Origin: Anaerolineae bacterium
Lineage (GTDB): Bacteria > Chloroflexota > Anaerolineae > B4-G1 > SLSP01
Direction of reading: 5' to 3'
Assembly (NCBI GenBank): GCA_035415725.1
Contig: DAOOGN010000003.1
Span: 7,776 to 71,775, forward strand
Length of the DNA: 64,000 nt
Part shown: piece after piece, positions 38,401 through 48,226 of the stretch
Numbering within the stretch: position 1 is the stretch's first letter
Layout: each line of letters begins with the position of its first letter
Translations under genes and position numbers: made by a program
Notes under the pieces: generated by a model
Told to the model about the DNA's origin: nothing
The model's database searches: none
The model's input: only the letters and a program-made list of their open reading frames with translations

Positions 38401-38635
38401 GGTCTAACCAAATCGCATAGACGTCGCTGGTGGTTTTTGAGGCCGCCAAAGCCGGCGATCCTTGATCTGCAACACCAACGGCATCATCATTGACCTTGAC
38501 GTTCGGCCCCCACGGGGCATCTGCCACGGGCGCGGCATTCGTCGCAGTCACAACAACAAACAAAGCAGCCACCAAACCAAGAAACACTGTCAACAACAAA
38601 CACACCAATTGCGGAATTCTTTTATAGTGCATCAT
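32435..38635 (-). CDS. giant secreted multidomain protein (2066 aa): N-terminal BNR/Asp-box beta-propeller repeats, PKD and CarbopepD_reg-like Ig folds, and a peptidase C25 (gingipain-like) domain
   Basis: Signal peptide; at least 10 Asp-boxes (SPDGGQTWG, STDGGQTWS, STDGGLTWG, SADGGVTWG, SRDDGETWT ...); YYLLLVGDDDVLPFYR and IVGCHGG motifs reminiscent of C25. Confidence 0.8.
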   Translation of the reverse strand: MMHYKRIPQLVCLLLTVFLGLVAALFVVVTATNAAPVADAPWGPNVKVNDDAVGVADQGSPALAASKTTSDVYAIWLDRRNDDADVYFARSPDGGQTWGASVRVNHDAGAWQYTPDIAVNAAGVLHAVWSDSRAGDDDIYYARSTDGGQTWSAEVRVNDVLTGTQNNPAIAALGSDVCIVWSDGRTAYVGDIYVDCSTDGGLTWGKDTRVNNDADGYHHYAPDIALGTGSRVHIAWYDDRNSTWDIYYASLSPTALVNVRLNDTTAGTQSNPSIAANGDIVHVVWIDSGSNPSAGYIMGDISTDGGGTWGRQDGQISAVDHADSPNVTINGQGAAWATWRVISGTYRLYADAYDPGKGWSAVDDVITTTTEFLQNPANDAGATRIYAAWEHYSAGDADVLLSIRDSVAWSDAIQVNDEGDARQAYPSIAIGSTGRLYAAWADYRLAAYNAALYADSSLDGGVTWSADGRVDDDHPLHEFPAIAATGALTVHVAWASSQGDSSVIYYDHSADGGLTWGKDRPLSASGSYNMASAPDLVAAGQKVYVVWQQSNSLYLTSSADGGTSWMTPTQIITSDGSLENPTLARDAAGTLHLAWVETLWTPSTQYHIGYARSRDDGETWTNRQFVDIGAPGTLRGAPNIAVNPLNSYVHLVWDDDCTGVKTIFHAASADGGVTWGTPAAILKGPATEPTVAVDGDGVVFVLWQDGLEGDTDIAYSTSVDDGASWSATGRVNDDATTFPQRQPAVVGGNSAYAVWSDFRRANWDIESASLVLACPVPLQDVAIGGPPETQTGVPVRLETKVLPATASPPLNFVWTPKPARGQGTATATYYWQEPGTYPVQVVATNCGGSVTATHRVSVVAPPRALPCVEGQVYYATTALSGVKVELIAGPSASGTVEQTTTTDASGRYRFCNVEPGEYQLKRYGPTAEYIGWVASSLTMGSSNVIKHLDLPKKMTLLSPANGTVIETTIPTMTWQALPEADHYTFQLNKTVDWTLVEHTHNIIGTVHQVLAPLNWNTGYTWQIDAYAGTRWVGTTDAEFTFTTSSPVIIEFPPIVTIASSLRLEEAAEGVVVNKLIGDNTGQTAYNYVDVVAYVSTSVAAASSNVNVILTVPGDVLGVPVNTWVRSTYGTAPTAATSTSLGGGEYQVTTNLTRGCYWWFCPYRQQVVWRFRIPNTLSPQMLTLQSRVQRAGYWVMGSFSDADLRLVSTAEALIVTNRTQLYDNYADYNATDLLAQVYNVAQGAPYNDQPLGVIYNADLYASTIRDWNNTTVNYASEDTANAVANELDDLLEDWVEDGTETWSYHFPFSTTVGMTFSPYYLLLVGDDDVLPFYRYNDPFNDEAGWSVTSATNPQIHATDHDYILTDNPYGDLWGGTDWRLGDLELAVGRLVGATAEDMRYLLNNSLATDGGTWRAVMASVDGWELGYSNPSCGSGAIADVINVPARLAARGFGVYNDAETPHTVDVLAPFNAAWISGFRAAANSGMDLFFIGGHNSYNSATIPENSFTPDDTCSGAGCGYFRFDNDHPLTFIVGCHGGLPVPAIGGRGGVDDNMVYDVVHEGGRAYIGATGFSYGSPGSLCHATWGEKLLQHFFDEFLPAGTASRTIGDALLRAKDVYPFGQYNPGTSATSGDALDRKTVTEFNLYGVPWQRLDYPGGMQQAAVNEPLAALGSQRSAVRVEAGNIAPAETNRYTRTITVDIAGYEATQVVTGGVIYDVLSIPGGDKAIAPALPLLPYVKGYTLTLPISATLQSATLISTTCKDVAVYEVPIIVAEPWSEGGTTFTTTTDINTFYPADADRLRWQPQENRLLFTLFPIQHNPTSNATRFCSQMVIEVVYEAPVALAVSNVTPLAETVIPGAPISVTALLENVTDDLLTVTSTLTLLDAEGHEMGWQDDGPFSVPSDGQQAIEVGWDGTLPEGAYDLRLALWQGDVLMGLATTRVDVVGGALTALEVPTATLAMSDTATFRVTFTNYLARPVTVTAHLMLYDAEGGVAADLPSQTDVAVAGDVHVFEFTWEVGASAGGVYAAQARIVREDETAYGPLTGEFTVGSVLNDVFLPVVLRNS

Positions 38636-38771
38636 ACACCTCCATCTGTACCTCCATTAACAACACTTCTCACACCAGAAATGGACCAAAAGAAAAACAG
38701 AACAATTACCATTGAGTCCTCAATTCATGGAGAAATGACGGAGAGAAGTTGAGCAGGCTCAACATAGCTTT

Positions 38772-38800
38772 ATTGTATAGCCATTTTTCAGGAATGTCAA
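38772..38800 (-). promoter_or_regulatory. consensus sigma70 promoter TTGACA-17-TACAAT on the minus strand, ~140 nt upstream of the giant gene
   Basis: Read directly (plus strand shows ATTGTA ... TGTCAA) in an AT-rich region. Confidence 0.5.
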
Positions 38801-38855
38801 TAACTTGTTTGTTTTGGTTGAATTTAAGTTTAAAACTAACCTTCCGGAAATAAAA

Positions 38856-38887
38856 AACCAGGGCGCAGCGTGTTCTGCGCCCTGGTT
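38856..38887 (-). terminator. intrinsic terminator (13-bp perfect stem AACCAGGGCGCAG, 6-nt loop, then UUUUUAUUUCC on the minus strand) downstream of clpB
   Basis: Perfect inverted repeat plus a T-tract on the minus strand. Confidence 0.55.
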
Positions 38888-38977
38888 AACAAAATACAAC
38901 CGCGGATCTGGCGATCCGCTCCGGCATAGCTAACGGGTGTGGAATTTTTGCCTCGATGTACTGCTAGAGCACAGAAG

Positions 38978-39005
38978 TAGGGCGAAGGGGCCATTCGCCC
39001 TACCC
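38978..39005. repeat. REP-like palindromic element, copy 3 (TAGGGCGAAGGGGCCATTCGCCCTACCC), immediately 3' of the clpB stop
   Basis: Shares the core GCGAA(T/G)GG(N)CCATTCGCCC with copies 1 and 2. Confidence 0.5.
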
Positions 39006-39010
39006 TGCTG

Positions 39011-41587
<2,577 letters not shown>

Positions 41588-41858
41588 AAAACACCTCTGC
41601 CAATAGTCAGTTTTGTAGGATGAATAGATCATTCATCTGGAGACCAGATAGGTCTCAGAAGGTCTGTCCAGTCTAAACCTCTCACGCTACGTTTTCTTGT
41701 GCTTGAGCTATGTTCATCTTACGCAATTTATATTAGAAGCAGATTAACTTCCTATAAGATTCTCATTAGTACGGACCCAGAATTGACAATTCATGAATAA
41801 GCTATAATCTACCCCGTATTCATTTAGCCATGTCATCCCTGTTTAAGGAGGAGCACTT

Positions 41859-43025
41859 ATGTCCGGAAAACTGATCATTCAACCCGCCGAAACGGCGGCG
41901 GAACGCAAGGCGTTCATTCATTTTATGTGGGAAGTCTATAAAGGCGATCCTTACTGGGTCCCACCGCTGATCTCGGAACGCATGGCCTTTCTCGATCCAC
42001 AAAAGCACCCTTTCCACCAACATGCCAAGGTACGCTACTTTACGGCGCAACGCGACGGCAAGATCGTCGGCACCATTGCCGGGATCATCAACTACAATCA
42101 CAATCAATACTGGGACGATAAAGTCGGCTTCTTTGGGCTATTTGAGGTGCTGCCAGACGAGGAGGCTGCCCAGGCATTGCTGGCGACCGCCGAGGATTTC
42201 GCGCGCGGTGAGGGAATGGACACGCTGCGCGGCCCGATGAATTTCTCCACGAATGAGGAATGTGGGCTGCTCGTAGACGGGTGGAACGGCACGCCCGTAG
42301 CAATGCTCACGTATAATCCACGCTATTACGTCGATTTCATCGAACGGGCGGGTTACGTGAAGGCGCAGGATCTCTACGCCTACCTGACGGATATCTCGCA
42401 CATTCAACCCGATGGCACAGGGCTCAATCCCAAAATACTGCGTGTGGCACAAAAAGTACGCGACCGGCTGGAGGGATTTCGCCTCCGCCCTATCAATATG
42501 CACGACTTCGACCACGATGCCCGGCTCTTCAAGGAGTTGTACAATGCGGCCTGGGCCAAAAACTGGGGCTTCGTGCCCCTCACCGATGCCGAGCTTACCC
42601 ATGAGGTCGGTGCGCTCAAACCCATCATCGACCCCCCGACCGTCCTCTTCGCGGAAAAAGATGGACGCTGCATCGGCTCTAGCCTGCCCTTGCCGGATGT
42701 GAACCAGGCACTCCACCGCGCCTATCCACGTCCCGGCGTGCCCGATTGGTGGTCATTGGCGAAGATGATGTACTGGTGGAAAGTACGCCAGAAAGTCACG
42801 ACCATTCGTGCCTTTGCCGGCGGCTTCATCGAAGAGTATCGCGGGCGCGGCCTGGACGCCCTCCTTTATCTGGAAGACCTCAAGATTGCCCTAAAACGCG
42901 GCTACAAACAGGCCGAGTTCTCATGGGTGCTCGAAAGCAACATCCCCATGCGCCAGGCTGCCGCCTATATGAATGGGCATCTCTATCGCACCTATCGGTT
43001 ATACGACAAGTCGTTAGCCGGGTAG
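41859..43025 (+). CDS. uncharacterized GNAT-fold acyl-CoA N-acyltransferase-like protein (388 aa)
   Basis: Fold-level impression only. RBS AAGGAGG upstream. Confidence 0.45.
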   Translation: MSGKLIIQPAETAAERKAFIHFMWEVYKGDPYWVPPLISERMAFLDPQKHPFHQHAKVRYFTAQRDGKIVGTIAGIINYNHNQYWDDKVGFFGLFEVLPDEEAAQALLATAEDFARGEGMDTLRGPMNFSTNEECGLLVDGWNGTPVAMLTYNPRYYVDFIERAGYVKAQDLYAYLTDISHIQPDGTGLNPKILRVAQKVRDRLEGFRLRPINMHDFDHDARLFKELYNAAWAKNWGFVPLTDAELTHEVGALKPIIDPPTVLFAEKDGRCIGSSLPLPDVNQALHRAYPRPGVPDWWSLAKMMYWWKVRQKVTTIRAFAGGFIEEYRGRGLDALLYLEDLKIALKRGYKQAEFSWVLESNIPMRQAAAYMNGHLYRTYRLYDKSLAG

Positions 43026-43078
43026 TCAAATAGTTGGATAGTCTTTAGTCAAGTCGTCGTTCACAGCGAATATACAAA

Positions 43079-43108
43079 GGAGCAGCGAAAATGCTGCTCC
43101 TTTTGTCT
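43079..43108. terminator. bidirectional intrinsic terminator (GGAGCAGC-gaaaat-GCTGCTCC, T-tracts on both strands) between convergent genes
   Basis: 8-bp perfect stem followed by TTTTGTCTTC on the plus strand and by TTTGTATATT on the minus strand. Confidence 0.55.
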
Positions 43109-43129
43109 TCTACTATTCCCCAAAGGGGG

Positions 43130-43942
43130 TCAGTATTTTTTCACAATCGCGCGATACGACGAGGGTTGACGCGCCAACATAATCTGCGTCTCTTCGCGGC
43201 GGCGGCGAATCTCATCCAGGTCAAGCCGCACCACGACATAACCTTCTTCCGGCTCTTCCAGGGTCGCTAACACCTCACCAGAGGGCGCCAGAATGGCGCT
43301 CTGCCCGGCGAAGACGTAAGATGGCTCCTCGCCGATGCGGTTGGCCGCCGCCACAAACACATCGTTTTCGTAAGCGCGGGCGACCAACAGGGTGCGCCAC
43401 ATATCGGCGTCTTTCGCCTGCCATGCCGCCGGCAGCAAGAGCACTTCGGCGCCATCCAGCACCAGGCTACGCGCGACTTCCGGGAAAGCCAAATCCCACC
43501 CGCACATCAGCCCCAGTGTTCCCACCTCGGTCTCGACCGGCTCCAGCCGGTAGCCGGGACGGAAAACCAGGCGTTCTTCGGCCGGCAAGTGGATTTTACG
43601 ATACTCGCCCGCGACTGCGCCGTCGGGGCCAATGAGCACGGTACTGTTGTACAGCACCGTCTCCACTTTTTCCTTGACCGCCATCCCCAACAAGACATAA
43701 ACGCCAAATTCGGTGGCGTGCTGCCCCAGGATGTTCGTCACCGCGCCGGGGACGCGCTGCGCCATCTGTGCAAAGCGCTGCCCACCCTCGTAGCCCGTCA
43801 CCGCCAGCTCCGGGAAGACGATGATATCCACCGGCTGCTCTGTCGCAATCCGCGCGATGAAGTCAGCCATTTTACCGACGTTGGCTTCCATTTTCGCCAA
43901 CTCGGGTTTCATTTGCACGACAGCCATGTTCAATTCACGCAT
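43130..43942 (-). CDS. carbon-nitrogen hydrolase (nitrilase-superfamily amidohydrolase)
   Basis: E-K-C triad context: FPELAVTGY, RKIHLP, LMCGWDLAFPE. Confidence 0.8.
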   Translation of the reverse strand: MRELNMAVVQMKPELAKMEANVGKMADFIARIATEQPVDIIVFPELAVTGYEGGQRFAQMAQRVPGAVTNILGQHATEFGVYVLLGMAVKEKVETVLYNSTVLIGPDGAVAGEYRKIHLPAEERLVFRPGYRLEPVETEVGTLGLMCGWDLAFPEVARSLVLDGAEVLLLPAAWQAKDADMWRTLLVARAYENDVFVAAANRIGEEPSYVFAGQSAILAPSGEVLATLEEPEEGYVVVRLDLDEIRRRREETQIMLARQPSSYRAIVKKY

Positions 43943-44016
43943 TTTATGCCTCCAAAATCGTCGAAAGTCTTGAGTCGAAAGTCAGAGAATGACTCTCCGT
44001 TCAATGTGTTGATGGC

Positions 44017-44970
44017 TCAGCGGCCTTTGGGGCGGGCGAGATAACGCAAAACGGAGCGCAATTCGGGCGCGAGCGGCGATTCCACGCGCACCATGTCACC
44101 GGAACGGGGATGGGGGAAGGTCAGCACACTCAAATGCAAGAAAATACGGTCGGGCAAGAGCGGCTGACGACGCGAACCATAGACGCGGTCGCCAACCAGC
44201 GGAAAGCCATACCACGACAAGTGCACGCGAATCTGATGTAAGCGTCCGGTGCGCGGACGCACCTCCAACAGGGAGTAAGGTTGCTCCTGGTCTTTGTAAC
44301 AACGTTGGCCGCGATAATAGGTTTGCGCCGGACGTCCTTCCCGGGCGACGGCTAATCGCTGCCGGGCGCGCTTGACATTGCCGATCGGCTGGTCAATGAC
44401 GTCTTCGCCGGTCAAGTGGCCTTCTACCAACACGGAGTAGATACACTCTACCCGGTTATGGTTGACATGCCGTTGCAGGACACGGTAAGCCTCTGCATCC
44501 CTGGCGACTAAAACTGCGCCGGAGACTTCTGGCTCCACGCGCATCACTACGCCGGCCCGCTCTACGCCACCGACGTGAACTATGTCAGGGTCAAACTCGG
44601 CCAACTGCTGCGGCAGTGTTTTCTGGGGATATTGCCGCACCGGCTGCATGGATACACCTGCCAGCTTATCAACGACGAGCACCGCCTCGTCTTCGTACAG
44701 GATGGACAGCGGCAGGGAGGGGACGATCACTCCGTCTTCCGCCGGCTCTCTCTCCGGTACAGCCGTGGTGACTGCATCGCCCACCGCCAGATACTGTCCC
44801 GGCTTCGACGCGAGCTGCCCGTTGATGGATACACGGCCAGCCCCAATCATCTGCCGCACGACCTGCCGATCCAATTCCACCCACGTCTGCACCAGGAATT
44901 GGTCCAGCCGCATCGCTGTCGCCGCGACCACCGTCTCACATTCCGGCATCAGGCGCCGCCGATTTTTCAT
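44017..44970 (-). CDS. RluA-family pseudouridine synthase (S4 domain + catalytic domain) with a substituted active-site motif
   Basis: S4 domain RLDQFLV...; C-terminal TGRLHQIRVHL...PLVGDRVYG. The HRLDxxTSG motif reads MRVEPEVSG. Confidence 0.75.
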   Translation of the reverse strand: MKNRRRLMPECETVVAATAMRLDQFLVQTWVELDRQVVRQMIGAGRVSINGQLASKPGQYLAVGDAVTTAVPEREPAEDGVIVPSLPLSILYEDEAVLVVDKLAGVSMQPVRQYPQKTLPQQLAEFDPDIVHVGGVERAGVVMRVEPEVSGAVLVARDAEAYRVLQRHVNHNRVECIYSVLVEGHLTGEDVIDQPIGNVKRARQRLAVAREGRPAQTYYRGQRCYKDQEQPYSLLEVRPRTGRLHQIRVHLSWYGFPLVGDRVYGSRRQPLLPDRIFLHLSVLTFPHPRSGDMVRVESPLAPELRSVLRYLARPKGR

Positions 44971-45445
44971 CCGTCAAGAACGAAACCACCAACAAAATCG
45001 CCACGCCCACCACAATGGCAGAGTCCGCGAGATTAAAAACAGGCCACTCCTGCAACGGCCAGAAGTTTACATCCAGAAAATCAACGACGTAACCGCGCGT
45101 GAGGCGATCCACGAGGTTGCCCAATGCCCCGCCGGCGACCAGGCCAAGCGCAGCATTGACCCAGGAATTCGTCCCGGCGATCAGGCGGTGAAAAATCATG
45201 ATCCCCACAATCACCCCAGCGGATAGGATTGTAAAGACGTCGCCGAATTTCGGAAAAAGGCCAAACGCCACGCCGGTATTCTGCACCAACGTGAACGATA
45301 AAATCGGCGCCAGGGAAGGGATGAAATTCATCGGAGTATAGGCAGGTATATTCAGCACTACCCACAGTTTGGATAGCTGATCAAGTCCAACAACAAGCAC
45401 CACGCCACCGAAAAACAGAAGGTGGCTGCGGATAGCAGGTTTCAT
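44936..45445 (-). CDS. lspA: lipoprotein signal peptidase (signal peptidase II)
   Basis: NTGVAFGLF and FNLADSAIVVG motifs. Its ATG at 45445 overlaps the stop of the upstream gene (ATGA). Confidence 0.85.
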   Translation of the reverse strand: MKPAIRSHLLFFGGVVLVVGLDQLSKLWVVLNIPAYTPMNFIPSLAPILSFTLVQNTGVAFGLFPKFGDVFTILSAGVIVGIMIFHRLIAGTNSWVNAALGLVAGGALGNLVDRLTRGYVVDFLDVNFWPLQEWPVFNLADSAIVVGVAILLVVSFLTDEKSAAPDAGM

Positions 45446-45789
45446 CGCGTCCCTTCGAGGCGGGACTGGCACTGCATGCAGAACTGTGCCGAGGGCAATG
45501 CTTCCAAGCGGGCAAGCTCGATAATGGCACCGCACGTCTCACAAATTCCGTAGGTCCCATCCTCAAATTTGCGCAAAGCGCGCTCAACGCTCTCCAGAGA
45601 ACGCTTCAACTGACGGGCCAAAGAGACATCACGGGCCTGCTCGAAGACCTCGGTTCCCACATCCGCCATGTGATTGCTGTAGCCCACCCCGTCCTCGCGG
45701 ACCGCATGGGTCATAGCGTCCAACTGCGATGTGAGATGCTGTTGTTGTTTCAAAAGTTCCTGATGTAATTCGTTATAATTGGCCGGCAT
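45442..45789 (-). CDS. DksA/TraR-family C4 zinc-finger protein
   Basis: C-terminal CETCG...CMQC zinc finger and an N-terminal coiled-coil. First gene of a dksA-like/lspA/rluA-family operon. Confidence 0.7.
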   Translation of the reverse strand: MPANYNELHQELLKQQQHLTSQLDAMTHAVREDGVGYSNHMADVGTEVFEQARDVSLARQLKRSLESVERALRKFEDGTYGICETCGAIIELARLEALPSAQFCMQCQSRLEGTR

Positions 45790-45945
45790 CGTTCATCTCC
45801 AACACTGACTCGTGCGTGCATTTTACCCGTCTTTCAGGAAAAGACAAGACGCTCTCACCAATATGGAAAAGGAAAGTTGACGAGATGACGTTATGAGGGT
45901 ACACTCGTGCCGATACCATAGGTTATAACTGTAAGAGGTGTTCCA

Positions 45946-46461
45946 TTGAACAGAAAATGGTTCTTCAGGATCGCCCTTGTCACCGCTTTGTTAACCATCA
46001 GCAGTGGATTCTGGTCGGTGGCTCCAGGGCGCACGGCAAGCCCGGCTCAGCAGACATCTGATCTGCCGATTTACTTCTTCTGGGGAGATGGCTGCCCGCA
46101 TTGTGCGCAGGAGAAGCCATTTTTGCAAGAGCTGGTACGCCACCATCAACGTGTCACTTTGCTGGACTATGAGGTGTGGTATGTTCCAGAAAACATGAAA
46201 CTGATGAAGCAGATGGCAACGGCCCTGGGCTTCAAGCCAAGTGGTGTGCCGGTGACCATTATCGGCGACCGTTACTGGGTGGGATACACGACCCAGATTG
46301 GGGCCGAAATTGAGGCGCAGGTCAACGAGTGCCTGGACAAGGGTTGCCCGGATAGGGGGGTAGGCATCATCCCCGGTCGGAAAGCGCCGGAGAATGAGAG
46401 AACGTCCGGCGCAGGGGTCGGCACACCGGCCTCAAGTACCATTACTTTGCCCTTGAGATGA
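45946..46461 (+). CDS. secreted thioredoxin-fold protein (CPHC active site)
   Basis: TTG start with RBS AAGAGGTG; signal-like N-terminus; WGDGCPHCAQEKPF. A candidate promoter TTGACG-17-TACACT lies ~35 nt upstream. Confidence 0.7.
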   Translation: MNRKWFFRIALVTALLTISSGFWSVAPGRTASPAQQTSDLPIYFFWGDGCPHCAQEKPFLQELVRHHQRVTLLDYEVWYVPENMKLMKQMATALGFKPSGVPVTIIGDRYWVGYTTQIGAEIEAQVNECLDKGCPDRGVGIIPGRKAPENERTSGAGVGTPASSTITLPLR

Positions 46462-46640
46462 TCATCCAACCCTCCCTGATGAACACATTGAGCAGTTCAC
46501 TGCTCATCTTTGGAGTGGCGTTTGTGGCAGCGATGGCCGTTTTGCTGGTGCACCGCAAAATCTTGCCGCATTACGGGGTCTACATTGGCTCGGAAGCCAA
46601 CCTCAAACGCGGGCAAGGCAAAAAACGGCGCCGGCGATGA
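46458..46640 (+). CDS. possible small single-TM protein translationally coupled (ATGA overlap) to the thioredoxin-like gene
   Basis: Only the overlap geometry and hydrophobicity support it. Confidence 0.3.
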   Translation: MIIQPSLMNTLSSSLLIFGVAFVAAMAVLLVHRKILPHYGVYIGSEANLKRGQGKKRRRR

Positions 46641-46833
46641 CCATGCCCCACGATGACGTTGAGCGTATGTCTGCCGGGCGTCCGCGGCAAGATCATCGGC
46701 GTCTACCCGACCCTGGATGACCGTTCTATGGTGGGGCGAATTGAGCCACTCGGGAGTGTTTTGATGGCGAACCGGCAGCGTCCAAAATCCGCCTGGTCAA
46801 GGTACTCCACGACGCCACAACACTCATAGATAT

Positions 46834-47838
46834 TCAAGGCGCACTGGCGCGAACAATGAGTTCCGGCTTCATGACGACCTTTTGACAGGCATCGGTACAG
46901 CCGCTGATACGTTCCAGGAGCATAGCCATCGCCTGTGCCCCCATTTCATAGCGGCTGACCCGGCAGGTTGTCAAAGCCGGGGTGACGAGGGCAGCCAGCG
47001 GAATATCATCGAAGCCGGCGATGGCAAGATCGACGGGAACGATACGGTGCAACTCATAGGCGGACTGCAAGGCGCCGATAGCCACCAGATCATTATAGCA
47101 AAAGAGCGCTGTGATCTCCGGGTGACTCTTGAGAAGGGCGTCGGTTGCCTCATGTCCACCCTCTACCGTCGGGGCACACGGACGTAGCCAGTCAGGGTCG
47201 TGCGGAATGCCGGCCGCCGCCAGGGCAGCGAAGTAACCCTCAACACGTTTTCTCCCACTGCGAGAAGTCGGCGGTCCTGTCAGGAAACCAATAGCCTGGT
47301 GGCCGGTATTAAGTAAATGCTCTGTAATGGTTTGCCCGCCCATCTTATCCTCGATTAACACCACACCGAAATCATGGCTCCTTAACTGCCGATTGATGAG
47401 GACCACGCTGGAGTGGCGTGCCAATGAGGTTCGCAATGTGGCCTCGTCAAGCCGCGAGCTGCACAGAACAACGCCGTCCACGCGTTTGTCTTCCAATGAA
47501 CGTAGTACAGCAACTTCGCGCTGCGGGTCTTCGTCAGTGTTGCACAAAAAAACGTTATAGCCTTTGGCGTAAGCCTCGTGTTCGGCGCCGCGCGCCACTT
47601 CAGAGAAAAAGGGGTTGGCGACATCGGGGACTACCAACCCCAACGTACCGGTGTGCTGGGTAGCGAGTCCACGGGCGATGCTGCTGGGACGGTATCCCAT
47701 TTCCTCGGCGATCTGCAACACTTGGGTCCGTGTTTCAGGACTGATTTCACCGCGCTGGTTGATAGCACGGGAGACAGTTTGACGCGACACGCCGGCGGCT
47801 TCGGCCACATCCTGGATAGTGACTCTTTTGCGATTCAC
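46834..47838 (-). CDS. LacI-family transcriptional regulator
   Basis: N-terminal HTH VTIQDVAEAAGVSRQTVSRAIN plus a periplasmic-binding-protein-like sugar-binding domain. GTG start. Confidence 0.9.
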   Translation of the reverse strand: MNRKRVTIQDVAEAAGVSRQTVSRAINQRGEISPETRTQVLQIAEEMGYRPSSIARGLATQHTGTLGLVVPDVANPFFSEVARGAEHEAYAKGYNVFLCNTDEDPQREVAVLRSLEDKRVDGVVLCSSRLDEATLRTSLARHSSVVLINRQLRSHDFGVVLIEDKMGGQTITEHLLNTGHQAIGFLTGPPTSRSGRKRVEGYFAALAAAGIPHDPDWLRPCAPTVEGGHEATDALLKSHPEITALFCYNDLVAIGALQSAYELHRIVPVDLAIAGFDDIPLAALVTPALTTCRVSRYEMGAQAMAMLLERISGCTDACQKVVMKPELIVRASAP

Positions 47839-47888
47839 GCTTCACCTGCTATAATAGAGATACCGTGAGCGGTAACGTGAGCGCTCAC
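47828..47888 (+). promoter_or_regulatory. divergent promoter/operator region: TTGCGA-16-TATAAT (47828-47855) followed by a perfect LacI-type operator GTGAGCGCTCAC (47877-47888), plus an upstream half-site GTGAGCGG (47865-47872)
   Basis: The palindrome equals the core of the symmetric lac operator. It sits between lacI-family and HAD/LarA-family operon starts. Confidence 0.6.
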
Positions 47889-48001
47889 AACCATAGTAAC
47901 ACGGTTTTGTCATGGGGTCAAGCGCAGCTATAGCTGCGCTTGGCAAAGGAGTTTCACAATGGGGATTGATACGTCGGCTATAGGCGACAACCCTCTTATC
48001 C

Positions 48002-48043
48002 CCCCTCCCCTTTTCCCCCGCAAGCGGGGGAAAAGGGGAGGGG
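48002..48043. repeat. perfect 20-bp-stem hairpin (CCCTCCCCTTTTCCCCCGC-aa-GCGGGGGAAAAGGGGAGGG) in the 5' region of the HAD/LarA-family operon
   Basis: Pairing checked base by base. No flanking U-tract. Confidence 0.6.
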
Positions 48044-48162
48044 AGCAGGGGGAACGGGGCTTAGCGAGATTAGCGGTTTATCTTCAAGGGAATTCATCAT
48101 GAAGAGGGCAGTTCACCAGCGGTGGAATGAAAACTTTTCACCACGAAGGACACACAAAACAC

Positions 48163-48226
48163 AAAGAAGGTGTGTTTTTCTCTGTGAACTCTGGGTGCTC
48201 TGGGGCTATTTTAAGAGGAGGTCATA
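48163..48226 (+). promoter_or_regulatory. conserved promoter/5'-leader cassette, copy B
   Basis: AAAGAAGGTGTGTTTTTCTCTGTGAACTCTGGGTGCTCTGGGGCTATTTTAAGAGGAGGTCATAATG. Confidence 0.5.

Noticed and set aside
41633-41858. CIRCE/HAIR heat-shock operators upstream of clpB
   Set aside because: Only a short GAGACC-N5-GGTCTC palindrome and a weak TTGACA-14-TATAAT were seen. There is no CIRCE (TTAGCACTC-N9-GAGTGCTAA) or HAIR consensus.
47940-48060. Short ORF MGIDTSAIGDNPLIPLPFFPRKRGKRGGEQGERG overlapping the 20-bp hairpin
   Set aside because: It is below the length threshold, low-complexity, and the region is better explained as structured non-coding DNA.
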